From assembly GCA_965248535.1 (NCBI GenBank), contig CBDFJR010000002.1, positions 160,001 through 224,000 of the forward strand: a stretch of DNA of 64,000 nt, given 5' to 3'. Position numbers and translations under genes: made by a program. Below the pieces are notes generated by a model. It was not told the origin of the DNA. It saw only the letters and a program-made list of their open reading frames with translations, and did not search any database. Each line of letters begins with the position of its first letter. Position 1 is the stretch's first letter. The DNA comes from Phormidesmis sp. (GTDB lineage Bacteria; Cyanobacteriota; Cyanobacteriia; Leptolyngbyales; Leptolyngbyaceae). This document shows, in pieces, positions 9,177-19,177 of the stretch.

Positions 9177-9840
9177 TGCTGCCTTGCTCAAGCTATTGCA
9201 GCTTGCTAGCCCTACCCTCCCGATCGGGGCTTATAGCTATTCTGAAGGTCTCGAAACCCTGGTCGATGCCGCTAAAATCACGAGCGCGTCTAGTCTAGAC
9301 CACTGGCTGCGGCAAGAATTGCGCTATGGAGCCATCCGAGTTGAGTCCTCTGTGATGATTCGCGCTTATCACGCTGCCCTCGCCGAAGACTTTTCTGCCT
9401 TGACTGACTGGAATCACTGGCTATCAGCAACGCGAGAAACGGAAGAGCTACGATCGCAAAGCTGGCAAATGGGACGATCGCTGCTGCGATTAGTTCAAGA
9501 CCTAGAAGCAGATGAGATCACGTCACGATTGCTGCAAGACGAGTGTAATTTTGCGATCGCCTTTGGCACGATCGCGGCTCAGTGGCAAATCGACGAACAA
9601 TCTGCTAGTTTGGGCTATCTCCACAGTTGGGCCACTAATCTCATCAGTGCTGGCATTAAGCTGATTCCGTTAGGGCAAACCGCCGGGCAACGACTGCTTT
9701 TAGAACTCAGCGAAGCGTTTGAGCAAGCTACTCAAGAAGTATTGACTTTGCCAGATCACGATCTGAGTAGCTGCGGCTGGGGCTTATCTCTGGCCAGCAT
9801 GAACCACGAAACGCTCTATAGCCGACTATTTCGCAGTTAG
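9157..9840 (+). CDS. ureF: Urease accessory protein UreF
   Basis: [42 protein letters not shown]. Confidence 0.95.
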   Translation: MDIMPTNAALLKLLQLASPTLPIGAYSYSEGLETLVDAAKITSASSLDHWLRQELRYGAIRVESSVMIRAYHAALAEDFSALTDWNHWLSATRETEELRSQSWQMGRSLLRLVQDLEADEITSRLLQDECNFAIAFGTIAAQWQIDEQSASLGYLHSWATNLISAGIKLIPLGQTAGQRLLLELSEAFEQATQEVLTLPDHDLSSCGWGLSLASMNHETLYSRLFRS

Positions 9841-10003
9841 GGTTGCTCTCAAGACTCAATACTTTGCGATCAAACCATCAGTTTATAACTTAGATGTTCT
9901 CTTAGAACAAAAAATATGTCTGCGATATGAGCAGTATGTGTGTGGATTCTTTTGCAATGCTCAAAAATCCCCACTGTTGCTCTACGTTCGGACGCTCAAT
10001 CTC

Positions 10004-10276
10004 ATGACAATCTATGTTGGAAATCTATCCTATCAAGCGACTGTAGATGATTTGCAGTCTGTGTTTGCTGAATATGGCACGGTCAAGCGCGTCGTCTTGC
10101 CGACCGATCGTGAAACCGGACGAATGCGAGGCTTTGCTTTTGTAGAAATGACCGAAGACGCGCAAGAAGATGCCGCTATCACCGAGCTAGACGGCGCAGA
10201 GTGGATGGGGCGACAACTGCGAGTCAACAAAGCAAAACCCAAGGAAGAAAGCCGAGGAGGAATGGGACGAGGATAA
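10004..10276 (+). CDS. rbp: RRM RNA-binding protein (cyanobacterial Rbp family)
   Basis: RNP2 IYVGNL, RNP1 RGFAFVEM, short Gly-rich tail. Confidence 0.93.
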   Translation: MTIYVGNLSYQATVDDLQSVFAEYGTVKRVVLPTDRETGRMRGFAFVEMTEDAQEDAAITELDGAEWMGRQLRVNKAKPKEESRGGMGRG

Positions 10277-10316
10277 CCTCACACCCTGACAACAGGCAGA
10301 TCTGCGTAAGGGTGGA

Positions 10317-10422
10317 GCATTGCTGTGCTCATTACCTGTGCTGTAACCGCTCCGATTTAACTCACGAGTCTAACAGCAGTGCTGTTCCCATTCCTTGTGC
10401 TGCAACCGCTCCGATTCAATTC
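10317..10422. repeat. Two 47-bp imperfect direct repeats, period 59 bp
   Basis: 10317-10363 vs 10376-10422, 39/47 identical by manual alignment. Confidence 0.75.
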
Positions 10423-10529
10423 GCCATCCCCCATAGTGAAAGGTTCTTGCTAGAGCCATTGTCTCTTAGCAAGAACCTTTTCAATTTAGCCACCATTACA
10501 CGATTTCTTGGTCGAACTCGATCGCTAGC

Positions 10530-10799
10530 TTAGACAGCCCGACGAGTAAACAGACCCCACAAGAAGATGGCGACAATTGCCCCTAAGACTGCGACAAAGA
10601 TGCCAGGAATGCTGAGTCCGGCTGAGGTGACAGCCAAGGTTCCGGTGTTGATGAGGGTAAACAGACTGCCCCCCACAAATGCTCCAATGATGCCTAAAAC
10701 GATGGTTCCAAGAATGCCACCGCCCTGATCACCAGGGTAAATCGCTTTTGCAATAGCGCCTGCAATCAGACCTAAAACCACCCAAGCAATGATATTCAT
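10530..10799 (-). CDS. GlsB/YeaQ/YmgE family stress-response membrane protein
   Basis: IIAWVVLGLIAGAIAKAIYPG...GIIGAFVGG...AVLGAI. Confidence 0.9.
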   Translation of the reverse strand: MNIIAWVVLGLIAGAIAKAIYPGDQGGGILGTIVLGIIGAFVGGSLFTLINTGTLAVTSAGLSIPGIFVAVLGAIVAIFLWGLFTRRAV

Positions 10800-10984
10800 A
10801 TCGGTTTTCTCCTAAAGCTTTATGTCTACGAAATCAGAATATCAAGGTGGTCGATTGAAGTTATCTATCAGAGGAGATAACTGAAATAATCATCAGGAAT
10901 AGACCCATTTTGTCAGGGTTTATTGATCGACGATCGGGCAACCGCCAGAGCCAACCCTGGTTGAATTAGCTCTAAGCTCAGAGG

Positions 10985-11178
10985 CTAGTAGTCCGCCAAA
11001 CTAACTCTGAGGAGTCATGTCGAACTACTTAGCCAAGATTTCGTTTGCAGGGGGTTTGGGGGAGGCAACCGTCCCCCAATGGGGGTTTGGGGGCACGCCC
11101 CCAAGGGTCGGAAGCCCAAGACTATCGCATCATCGCCAAAGATCTGTACTAGTCAAAGTTGAATTGGTGAACTACTAG
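10985..11178. mobile_element. MITE-like element (194 bp) with 26-bp imperfect TIRs and internal G/C hairpin repeats
   Basis: Left end CTAGTAGTCCGCCAAACTAACTCTGA vs reverse complement of right end CTAGTAGTTCACCAATTCAACTTTGA; two GGGGGTTTGGGGG..CCCCCAA units inside. Confidence 0.75.
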
Positions 11179-11217
11179 AGTTGAATTGTTTAGAACATTC
11201 CGGGAGTGTCTTCTGAG

Positions 11218-13137
11218 CTATTGAGCATCCCCCCCGATCGGAACTTTCACCAAGTCTAAAAAATTCACTTCACGTTGGTGTCTAAGTTCTTGAATGCGCT
11301 TATATTCCGATTGCCCTTTCTGTTGATAATAGTGACCGAGTTCTGCATTAGTGGCGAGATCAGTTGTTTTCCACAGATCTAAGAAATGACGGCGACGCTT
11401 TTCGCACATGACTTCTTCAATAGCGGCGGCGGCCGATCGGATGCCTAACTCAGCCCGAAGAATGTCACGATCGGTCTTTTCATTGAGTTCAAACAGCGCG
11501 TAGACTTGCGCCATCTCTCGCGGAAAATCGGTGCAGCGATCGCGCAACAGCGACATCAAATCGGGAGTCTGTTGACCTTGAGCAGATTGCTCGACCTCGA
11601 CAATTTGCCGCCACAAAAAGCGGTGATGAGACAGGCTAAATTCTAAATCTTGAGCGTCTAATGCCTCGACGATCGCGCCCCGATGCGACGGGGAATGGAG
11701 ATAGAGTCTGAGCAGCAGCGCTTCCGATTCTTCTAGCAGGGTGCGCTCACCGGGGGTTTGCCATTTTTGCGATCGCCCGTGCCAGCGTTGACCCCGCACT
11801 TGCAGCCGCAGATCTTCTTCGATTTGCTGCATCATGCGACTGTTGCCCTGGCTCAAAAGCTCGGCGCAGTGGTGAATGTAGTGAGTCCGGCTAGTGGGGT
11901 TGGGCAGATTGCCTAACAGCGTCACCATCTCGACGACGACTAACTGAAACTGGTCTGACTGCTTTAAATCTTTGCCAACCAGCGCTTGCTGAATTTGCCA
12001 ATCAATCCACAAAGGCGCATCATCCAGCAGATCTTGATAACTGGCAGCAGAATGGGTTTTGAGAAAATCGTCAGGATCTTTGCCATCGGGAATATTTAAA
12101 ACCCGCAGTTGCACGTCGCCTTGATAGGCTAGAGATGCGACTTCTCCGATCGCTCGCTCGGCCGCTTGCACGCCTGCACGATCGGCATCGAAGTTAAAAA
12201 TAATTCGCTTTGACTCGGTGTAGCGCAACAGTTGCCGCACTTGCCCGATACTCAGCGCCGTTCCTAACGAGGCGACCACATTCGTAATTTTGCCCGCGTG
12301 CAGGGCGATCACATCAAAATATCCCTCCACGACGACCGCTTGATCGGTTTTGGCGATCGTGGCCCGCGCCTTATCCAATCCATAAAGCGTGTTGCCTTTG
12401 TCAAATAACTCCGTCTCAGGCGAGTTGAGATATTTGGGTTGCTCGTCGCTGAGAGTGCGACCGCCAAAGGCAATGACGCGCCCCTGCAAATCGAGAATCG
12501 GAATCATCAAGCGATCGCGGAAGCGATCGTAATAGCCATCTCCGGTTTTGCGCGGCACAATCAACCCGGCTTGTTCTACCAGCGCCACGGGGTAATGCTT
12601 TTGTTCAACCAAATAACCATAGAGCGTTTCCCAACCGCCCGGAGCGTAGCCGAGTTGAAACTGCTGAATGGTGGCTTGATTGAGCTTGCGATCGGTCTGC
12701 AAATAGGCTAGGGCCACTTTTCCATCGTTTTGATTAAGCGCGTGTTCATAAAATCGGGCTGTGATCGCCAAAATCTCATATAGTTGCTCTCGAATGGAGA
12801 GTTGCCGCTGCAATTCTTGCCGTTGTTCAGGTTCTAAGGTTTGGACGGCAACCTGATAGCGCTTGGCTAAATCGAGGACGACCTCACTAAACGATCGCTT
12901 GCCCAACTCCATCAAAAACTTAATCGCGTTGCCGCCTGCCCCGCAGCTAAAGCAATAATAAAACTGCTTACTAGGGCTGACGCTAAAGCTCGGCGATTTG
13001 TCGTCATGAAACGGACACAGCCCCGTGAAGTCTTTGCCCTGTTTTTTAAGCACAACGTGCTCAGAGACAATATCCACAATGTCGAGCCGCTGTTTGACTT
13101 GTTCGATCGTGTCGGGGTGGAGGCGAGGGACGTTCAT
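11218..13137 (-). CDS. dnaG: DNA primase
   Basis: CPFH..CFSC zinc finger, KYLNSPET, EGYFD, DADRAG TOPRIM motifs. Confidence 0.97.
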   Translation of the reverse strand: MNVPRLHPDTIEQVKQRLDIVDIVSEHVVLKKQGKDFTGLCPFHDDKSPSFSVSPSKQFYYCFSCGAGGNAIKFLMELGKRSFSEVVLDLAKRYQVAVQTLEPEQRQELQRQLSIREQLYEILAITARFYEHALNQNDGKVALAYLQTDRKLNQATIQQFQLGYAPGGWETLYGYLVEQKHYPVALVEQAGLIVPRKTGDGYYDRFRDRLMIPILDLQGRVIAFGGRTLSDEQPKYLNSPETELFDKGNTLYGLDKARATIAKTDQAVVVEGYFDVIALHAGKITNVVASLGTALSIGQVRQLLRYTESKRIIFNFDADRAGVQAAERAIGEVASLAYQGDVQLRVLNIPDGKDPDDFLKTHSAASYQDLLDDAPLWIDWQIQQALVGKDLKQSDQFQLVVVEMVTLLGNLPNPTSRTHYIHHCAELLSQGNSRMMQQIEEDLRLQVRGQRWHGRSQKWQTPGERTLLEESEALLLRLYLHSPSHRGAIVEALDAQDLEFSLSHHRFLWRQIVEVEQSAQGQQTPDLMSLLRDRCTDFPREMAQVYALFELNEKTDRDILRAELGIRSAAAAIEEVMCEKRRRHFLDLWKTTDLATNAELGHYYQQKGQSEYKRIQELRHQREVNFLDLVKVPIGGDAQ

Positions 13138-13209
13138 AAACAGAGGGATGAAACGACGGGAAGAGCTACATTATTAAGATAAATTGTTGCCACGAAAGTT
13201 TAACTCAAT

Positions 13210-13227
13210 ACAGTACACATATACTGT
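13210..13227. promoter_or_regulatory. Palindrome ACAGTA-N6-TACTGT resembling a cyanobacterial LexA box (RGTAC-N3-DGTWC, one mismatch) between divergent dnaG and the HD gene
   Basis: Seen directly; LexA assignment is inference. Confidence 0.35.
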
Positions 13228-13297
13228 GGATTCGACTGGGTTTTGAGTCTGCCATTTAGAATAAGGGTTTTTTAGAAATTCAATCACTAATTTCATA

Positions 13298-13900
13298 ATG
13301 GAACCTGATCATACGCGACTGCATCAACAACTTCAGTTCATCGTCGAAATCGACAAGCTCAAGCGCGTCTTGAGGCAAACGCTTTTAATGGATAAATCTA
13401 GACGAGAGAATGATGCAGAACACTCTTGGCATCTGGCAATGATGGCGATCTTGCTCTCTGAATATGCGGGTGCCGAGGTGAATCTAGTCCGGGTGCTCAA
13501 GATGGTGTTGATTCACGACCTGGTTGAAATTGATGCCGGAGACACCTTTTGCTATGACGAGCAAGCCATCCAAACCCAACCCGATCGTGAAAAAGTCGCC
13601 GCCGATCGCATCTTTGGGCTACTGCCCACCGATCAAACTGACCAACTGCGATCGCTCTGGGAAGAATTTGAAGCCAAACAATCGGCCGATGCGTGTTTTG
13701 CCACTGCCCTCGATCGCTTGCAGCCCATATTGCACAACTACCATACCCAAGGCGGCACCTGGAAAAAGGCAGGGGTGACGATCGCCCAAGTTCGCCAGCG
13801 GATTGCGCCGATCGCCCTTGGCTCACCCCGTCTAGGAGAATTTGCCGAAACTCTGATTCAAGACGCTCTAAAGCAAGGATTTCTGGCAAAAGAAGGATGA
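13298..13900 (+). CDS. HD-domain hydrolase (YfbR/HDDC2-like)
   Basis: RRENDAEHSW, HDLVEIDAGD, DRLQP. Confidence 0.88.
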   Translation: MEPDHTRLHQQLQFIVEIDKLKRVLRQTLLMDKSRRENDAEHSWHLAMMAILLSEYAGAEVNLVRVLKMVLIHDLVEIDAGDTFCYDEQAIQTQPDREKVAADRIFGLLPTDQTDQLRSLWEEFEAKQSADACFATALDRLQPILHNYHTQGGTWKKAGVTIAQVRQRIAPIALGSPRLGEFAETLIQDALKQGFLAKEG

Positions 13901-14021
13901 ATCGAGAAAAATCAACCGCTATGACTGCGGAGGAATCAGTTTCGAGGTATAAGTTCTAAGCAGCGGATTTTGAGCTACAAATTCTAAGCGACCCCTGACA
14001 ACCACTAATCACGGATATCCG

Positions 14022-15398
14022 ATGGGACGAATCTTTCTTTCAGCCGGGCACGGCGATCGCATTAATGGCGTAAGCGAACCGGGAGCCATTGTCGCCGGAA
14101 CCACCGAAGCCAAAGAAATGATCCTGACTCGCGATCTGGTCGTGGCAGAGCTACGATCGCGCGGCGCAGAAGTCTTGTCAGTGCCCGACGAACTCAGCCC
14201 TCGCGCCACCTATGACTGGATCAACGCCCGTGGCAGCCGCAGTGATGTCGCGTTAGAAATTCGCGCCAACGCCTTTTCAAATCCCTCGGTGCGGGGGGCA
14301 GCGGTCTTCTACATCGCCAACAACAACGAGCGCAAAAGTCACGCTGATTTGGTGCTGCGATCGCTGATACGCCGCGTGCCTCAGCTTCCGAGTCGAGGCA
14401 TCCAAGCCGATACGGTCTCTACACTGGGCAGCCTGGCGTTTTGTCGCCAAATTACACCGCCATCGCTGCTGATGGAAGTCGGGTTTCTGACTAACCCCGA
14501 CGATCGTTCTATTTTGCAAAATCAACGTCGTGACCTCGCCGCTGGCATCGCAGATGGTCTGATCGCCTGGAGTCGAACCGTCTCAGGGCTGCCCGTTCCC
14601 ACCCCAGCGCCGACCCCGACCCCGACCCCAACTGACACCTATGAAGCGATCACCATTAATCTAAATGGTCAAGTCTATGGCGAAAAAGGAATTCTCGTCA
14701 GTGGCAATGCTTATATTCCGATCGATCTGGTCGATCAGTTGGGGGTTGACTTATCGACCGACCAAAACACGCGCCGCCTCAACTATCGAGGGGTCGTGTT
14801 TATCAGAGCCGTTGACCTGCGAAACTACAATATCGTGGTCGGTTGGGATGCTCAATCGCGGACGGTGCTGCTGCGATCGATTCTCAAAATTTGTGCGGGG
14901 TCTCTCGATCAAATTATGAGCAGTGGCGTGACGACAGAAGCTAACCTCAATCTCTTTCTCAAAAATAACAATGCGACGGCTCTAACTCAGTTTCCTGATC
15001 TGGCAAAACTCTATCGAGACGAGGGCAAGATCGAAGGCGTAAATTATGACATCGCCTTTTCTCAAATGTGCTTAGAGACAGACTTTTTGCGCTTTGGTGG
15101 GTTGATTAAGCCGAGCCAAAACAATTTTGCAGGGCTAGGTGACGTGGCGGGCAGTGCGGCCGGGGCCTCTTTTCCGAGCGCTCAAATCGGCGTGAGAGCG
15201 CACATTCAGCTTCTCAAAGCCTATGCCAGCACAGCACCGCTGACCCTAGACAGCGTAAACCCTCGATTTGGCTTTGTGACGCGGGGGGTTGCGCCGCTGG
15301 TGGATCAACTCAGTGGGCGCTGGGCAGCCGATGTGCAATATGGGGAGAAAATCAAAGCGATTTTGAGACGGCTCTATGAGCTAGCCTTGGTGTTGTGA
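14022..15398 (+). CDS. tftA: N-acetylmuramoyl-L-alanine amidase plus glucosaminidase-like domain (TftA-like)
   Basis: MGRIFLSAGH...TTEAKEM amidase_3 start, PT linker, C-terminal QMCLET...QNNFAGLG...WAAD..YG domain; tftA assignment from recalled similarity. Confidence 0.65.
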   Translation: MGRIFLSAGHGDRINGVSEPGAIVAGTTEAKEMILTRDLVVAELRSRGAEVLSVPDELSPRATYDWINARGSRSDVALEIRANAFSNPSVRGAAVFYIANNNERKSHADLVLRSLIRRVPQLPSRGIQADTVSTLGSLAFCRQITPPSLLMEVGFLTNPDDRSILQNQRRDLAAGIADGLIAWSRTVSGLPVPTPAPTPTPTPTDTYEAITINLNGQVYGEKGILVSGNAYIPIDLVDQLGVDLSTDQNTRRLNYRGVVFIRAVDLRNYNIVVGWDAQSRTVLLRSILKICAGSLDQIMSSGVTTEANLNLFLKNNNATALTQFPDLAKLYRDEGKIEGVNYDIAFSQMCLETDFLRFGGLIKPSQNNFAGLGDVAGSAAGASFPSAQIGVRAHIQLLKAYASTAPLTLDSVNPRFGFVTRGVAPLVDQLSGRWAADVQYGEKIKAILRRLYELALVL

Positions 15399-15467
15399 AG
15401 CCGATCGGGTTGGAATTCTCAGAGTTGGGAGATTTGGAGTCTGAGCAGCAACCGCCCGATCGCCCTC

Positions 15468-17795
15468 CTATTTACCTGGTGGCTCAGTGGGGGGCACTTC
15501 TTCTAAGCCAAAGGCTTCGGGCCAGGGTCGCGTTTGGGTGGCAGAGTCTTCAAGCTCAGGCACGATAAAAAGCTCTTGGTTTAGCTGCAACGTCGAGAAA
15601 TTGGAGAGCTTTTTCAACTCTTGCAGGGTCTCGATCGCCGACTGATAGCGCTTGACAGAATCGCAGCGCACCATTTTAGACAAGACGGTGGCTAGCCCAC
15701 TGCTGACAAAGGCTTTCTCCTCCCAGCGAATTTCTCCGGTTAGAGAATCGGGTCTTAGCTGGCTGGGCGGCAACCCGGTCAAAGCCTGAATGCCGATCAT
15801 GCCCACCGCATAGATATCACTGTTGTGTTGAGGTTTACCCGCTGCCTGCTCAGGAGCCATATAGCCTTGGGTGCCGATGCCGATCGTTAAATTGTTGCTG
15901 GTGTCTTCGGCGGCCAGTTTGCTGTATTGGTCTTTGACAGCTCCAAAGTCAATCAAGACGAGCAATCGATCGGTTTGGCGACGAATCACATTGCTCGGCT
16001 TAATATCTCGGTGAATCACCCGCTCACCGTGAACAAAGGTAAGAATCTCTAGCAGTTCTTTGAGAATATCGACGACTCTGGCTTCAGGAAGCTGTCTCCC
16101 TAACGAAAGCTCTTCGCTTAACGAGTGCCCCGGAATATATTCTTGAACGAGATAAAATTCTCCGTCTTCCTCAAAATAAGCCAGCAAGCGCGGAATTTGT
16201 TCATGCTTGCCCAACCGCTCTAGGGTTTCTGCTTCACGATCGAACAGTCGTCTTGCCAACTTTAAATGACCAGGGTTGTTGGTGGCAGGGCTGAGTTGTT
16301 TGACCACGCACTGCGGACTCTGGGGACGCTTGATATCTTGAGCAATATAGGTTTCACCAAAGCCGCCGTGACCCAAAATCTGTGTGATTTTATAGCGGCC
16401 GCCCAGGGTCTTGTTGGCGAGTTCAAGTTCTCGTTCTCGCAGCAGGTCTTCGCGATCGCTGCGCTGAGTCATCATCTCAATGGTTCTCGTAGAGCGCTTA
16501 ACTTCTTCGCTGATGCGCTTGTTGCGTTGGTTGATCAGATGCCCTGAGGCCGAGCCAGTCAGCCAATAGGTCACGCCCACTAGCCCGATCACGGCGATCG
16601 GCACGGCCATCGGCAAAATCACCAGTCCGCTGCCAAAGGTCACATAGCAGGCGCTGCCCCAGCCCAGCCCCAACACCCCCGCCCAAAACAGTCTAAACAG
16701 GGGTCGTCTGGCTTGACTCTGCAATAGCCCCGCCATAAAGATCACCAGCAGCACCAGCCCACCTGCCATAGCCGGGTCAGCAAACGCCTCGCGAATCGAG
16801 CGATCTTGCAAAAGGGTGGCGATCGCGTTAGCGTGAATTTCGACCCCTGCCATCTCGCCCATCGGAGTCGAGTGAAAATCTGGATTTGACTTTGTGATCA
16901 CTCCCAGCAGCACAATTTTATCTTTGAAGAACTTTCCCTGCTGGAGGTAATCGCTGTTCCAATTCTGAGCCGAGATCACGTTCCAAAACGAGACGGGCTT
17001 AAACGTGCCTGCTCCCCCATAAAAGAAAATATTGTCTCCCTGGGGCGGTGAATATTTGATCTTAGTCGCTTGCAGAGCCGCCTCTGCTAAAGAAGACACT
17101 TTGGCAGACCGAATAATTTCGGCTTCTGGGGTCGGCAGTCTGTCAATAAATCGACTGCCCAAGCGATGAACTTGACCGTTGGGTTCGGCTAAAAAGTTGA
17201 CATACCCGATCGGGGTGCGATCGCTGAGAAACGGCGCGTAAGGCAAGCTGAGGTTAGACTGCTCTCCTTGACGGCTGTCGCCTTGCACAAACCTGGCCGA
17301 TAGCGCGATCTGCCCGTCATAGCGCTGCAAAACGGCTTGGAGTTGGCGATCGTCGTCTGAAACCGCGCCCTCATAGGGGACTGAGCCATAGCTGCTGGGC
17401 AGATCCCACAAAACATCGGCGACCACCGCCTTGGCCCCGGCTTGCATCAATTTCTCGATCGCTTCCGCATAGATGGCCCGTCGCAAGGGCAGGCTGGTGA
17501 GTTGCGCGATCGAGGCTTCGTCGATCGCCAAGATCACAATCTCGCTGGGCGGCGGAACGGGGCCGCGCACTTTAAACAGCAAGCTTTGGGCTTGTCGCTC
17601 TAACCCCTGCACCGAGGGCGGGTTAGAAGCAGTCAACGCGGCTGCCCCGATCGCCCACGCCACCATCAGCAGGTGCCCTAAGCGATCGAATCTAAATCGG
17701 GGGCTAGACCGTTCGGGGCGGGTGGTGTCGTTGGCAGGCGTTGGCCGACCCTGCGGCAAGGGTTCTGTGAGCGGCGTTGACGGCTTTTCGGGCAT
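15468..17795 (-). CDS. CHASE2-domain Ser/Thr protein kinase
   Basis: IVILAIDE...GVEIHAN CHASE2, three TM helices, LGHGGFG, HRDIKPSN, DFG, APE. Confidence 0.93.
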   Translation of the reverse strand: MPEKPSTPLTEPLPQGRPTPANDTTRPERSSPRFRFDRLGHLLMVAWAIGAAALTASNPPSVQGLERQAQSLLFKVRGPVPPPSEIVILAIDEASIAQLTSLPLRRAIYAEAIEKLMQAGAKAVVADVLWDLPSSYGSVPYEGAVSDDDRQLQAVLQRYDGQIALSARFVQGDSRQGEQSNLSLPYAPFLSDRTPIGYVNFLAEPNGQVHRLGSRFIDRLPTPEAEIIRSAKVSSLAEAALQATKIKYSPPQGDNIFFYGGAGTFKPVSFWNVISAQNWNSDYLQQGKFFKDKIVLLGVITKSNPDFHSTPMGEMAGVEIHANAIATLLQDRSIREAFADPAMAGGLVLLVIFMAGLLQSQARRPLFRLFWAGVLGLGWGSACYVTFGSGLVILPMAVPIAVIGLVGVTYWLTGSASGHLINQRNKRISEEVKRSTRTIEMMTQRSDREDLLRERELELANKTLGGRYKITQILGHGGFGETYIAQDIKRPQSPQCVVKQLSPATNNPGHLKLARRLFDREAETLERLGKHEQIPRLLAYFEEDGEFYLVQEYIPGHSLSEELSLGRQLPEARVVDILKELLEILTFVHGERVIHRDIKPSNVIRRQTDRLLVLIDFGAVKDQYSKLAAEDTSNNLTIGIGTQGYMAPEQAAGKPQHNSDIYAVGMIGIQALTGLPPSQLRPDSLTGEIRWEEKAFVSSGLATVLSKMVRCDSVKRYQSAIETLQELKKLSNFSTLQLNQELFIVPELEDSATQTRPWPEAFGLEEVPPTEPPGK

Positions 17796-18507
17796 GTCTT
17801 GTCTAGCAATAGAAACTACTTATCGCGTGTCTTAACTGCACCCGTTGCGGAGAATCGCCATCCTCCGTCCATACGATAATAGTACTCACTTTCAAGAGCG
17901 AATGTCTGCGATCGTGCCTCTGCCTTACGTCAACCTTTTTTAAGAGTTTGAGAGGTGTCTAGGGCAGATCTGCCTGCTGTCTAAGATCCTGCTAGCCTCT
18001 TTCAAAAGAGGGCCGACCTCACTCTAGCCAAAGCAGTTTGCGATCGTTCGTAATGCGTGACCTTCACTCTTTTTAAAATATTTGTGATAATTGAATGAAC
18101 TCAAAATCTATCCTACAGGTGAGGAATCTCATTTATAGCTCAGAGTTCACTTTATAAAGATCATTAAGAGTCGCGATGAATCATGATTTTAGATAGCAGG
18201 AGAGTCTAACAAAAATCAGATCAATTCACTCATCAACCTGCGGACTTAGAGCTTTTTGTTTTTTAAAACGTCTACCCTTAGACGGTCTTACCCTCGCCAT
18301 TCACGCAATCGGAGATCAGACGTGAGGGTTGCGTCTAGTGTGGGAAAACTTTAGGTCAAGGTTTAACGACAGAACCGTTCAAACCACCGCTCAAACCGAT
18401 GAAGTGATTAATTCTTGAGGCGTTATTCCTAGCAACCAACAGGTTTTGCGTTGCTAGAATTAATTATTCCAATTTTGATTCTACAAATTATAGGTCTTAA
18501 ATTATCT

Positions 18508-19026
18508 ATGCATTACTCCATGAACCGTCTCTCTATTTTTGTAGACGGAAACAATATGTTCTATGCACAACAGAAAAATGGATGGTTTTTCGATCCAAAA
18601 CGAGTGCTGGAATATTTCATTAGTGAACGAGAGATTGAGTTAGTCAACGCTTTTTGGTACACCGGGTTAAAAGATCCGCAAGATCAGAGAGGCTTTCGAG
18701 ACGCGCTGATTAGCCTTGGTTACACCGTTAGAACTAAGATTCTTAAGGAATATTACGACGATACATCGGGTCGCTATTCGCAAAAAGCAAATCTCGATAT
18801 TGAGATTGTGGTGGATATGTTTAATACCGTCGATCAATACGATCGAGTGATTTTATTTAGCGGCGACGGCGATTTTGAGCGGGCGATCGAGCTTTTGCGC
18901 TCTAAAAGCACTCACATTACGGTCGTCTCAACCGAGGGCATGATCGCGAGAGAGTTGCGAAATGTCACCGATCGCTACATCGATTTGAATGACATTCGTC
19001 CTCACATTGAAAAAGCTGAATACTGA
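18508..19026 (+). CDS. labA: NYN domain LabA/DUF88 family protein
   Basis: IFVDGNN, QKANLD, SGDGDF; probable start ATG 18508; labA orthology inferred. Confidence 0.75.
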   Translation: MHYSMNRLSIFVDGNNMFYAQQKNGWFFDPKRVLEYFISEREIELVNAFWYTGLKDPQDQRGFRDALISLGYTVRTKILKEYYDDTSGRYSQKANLDIEIVVDMFNTVDQYDRVILFSGDGDFERAIELLRSKSTHITVVSTEGMIARELRNVTDRYIDLNDIRPHIEKAEY

Positions 19027-19177
19027 AAGCAACCTTCCCCGATTCGTCACCCATCAACGGTCTTAAAGTAAATTCGCGTACTAGAATAGATTTTAAGATT
19101 GCGCCCCCGATAGCGATCGCTGTTTTTTGCATCTCTGAGGGTTCGATCGATCATCCCTTACTCAACTAAATCGAGCC

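Noticed and set aside
10317..10422. Mini CRISPR array
   Set aside because: Only two degenerate 47-bp copies separated by 12 bp
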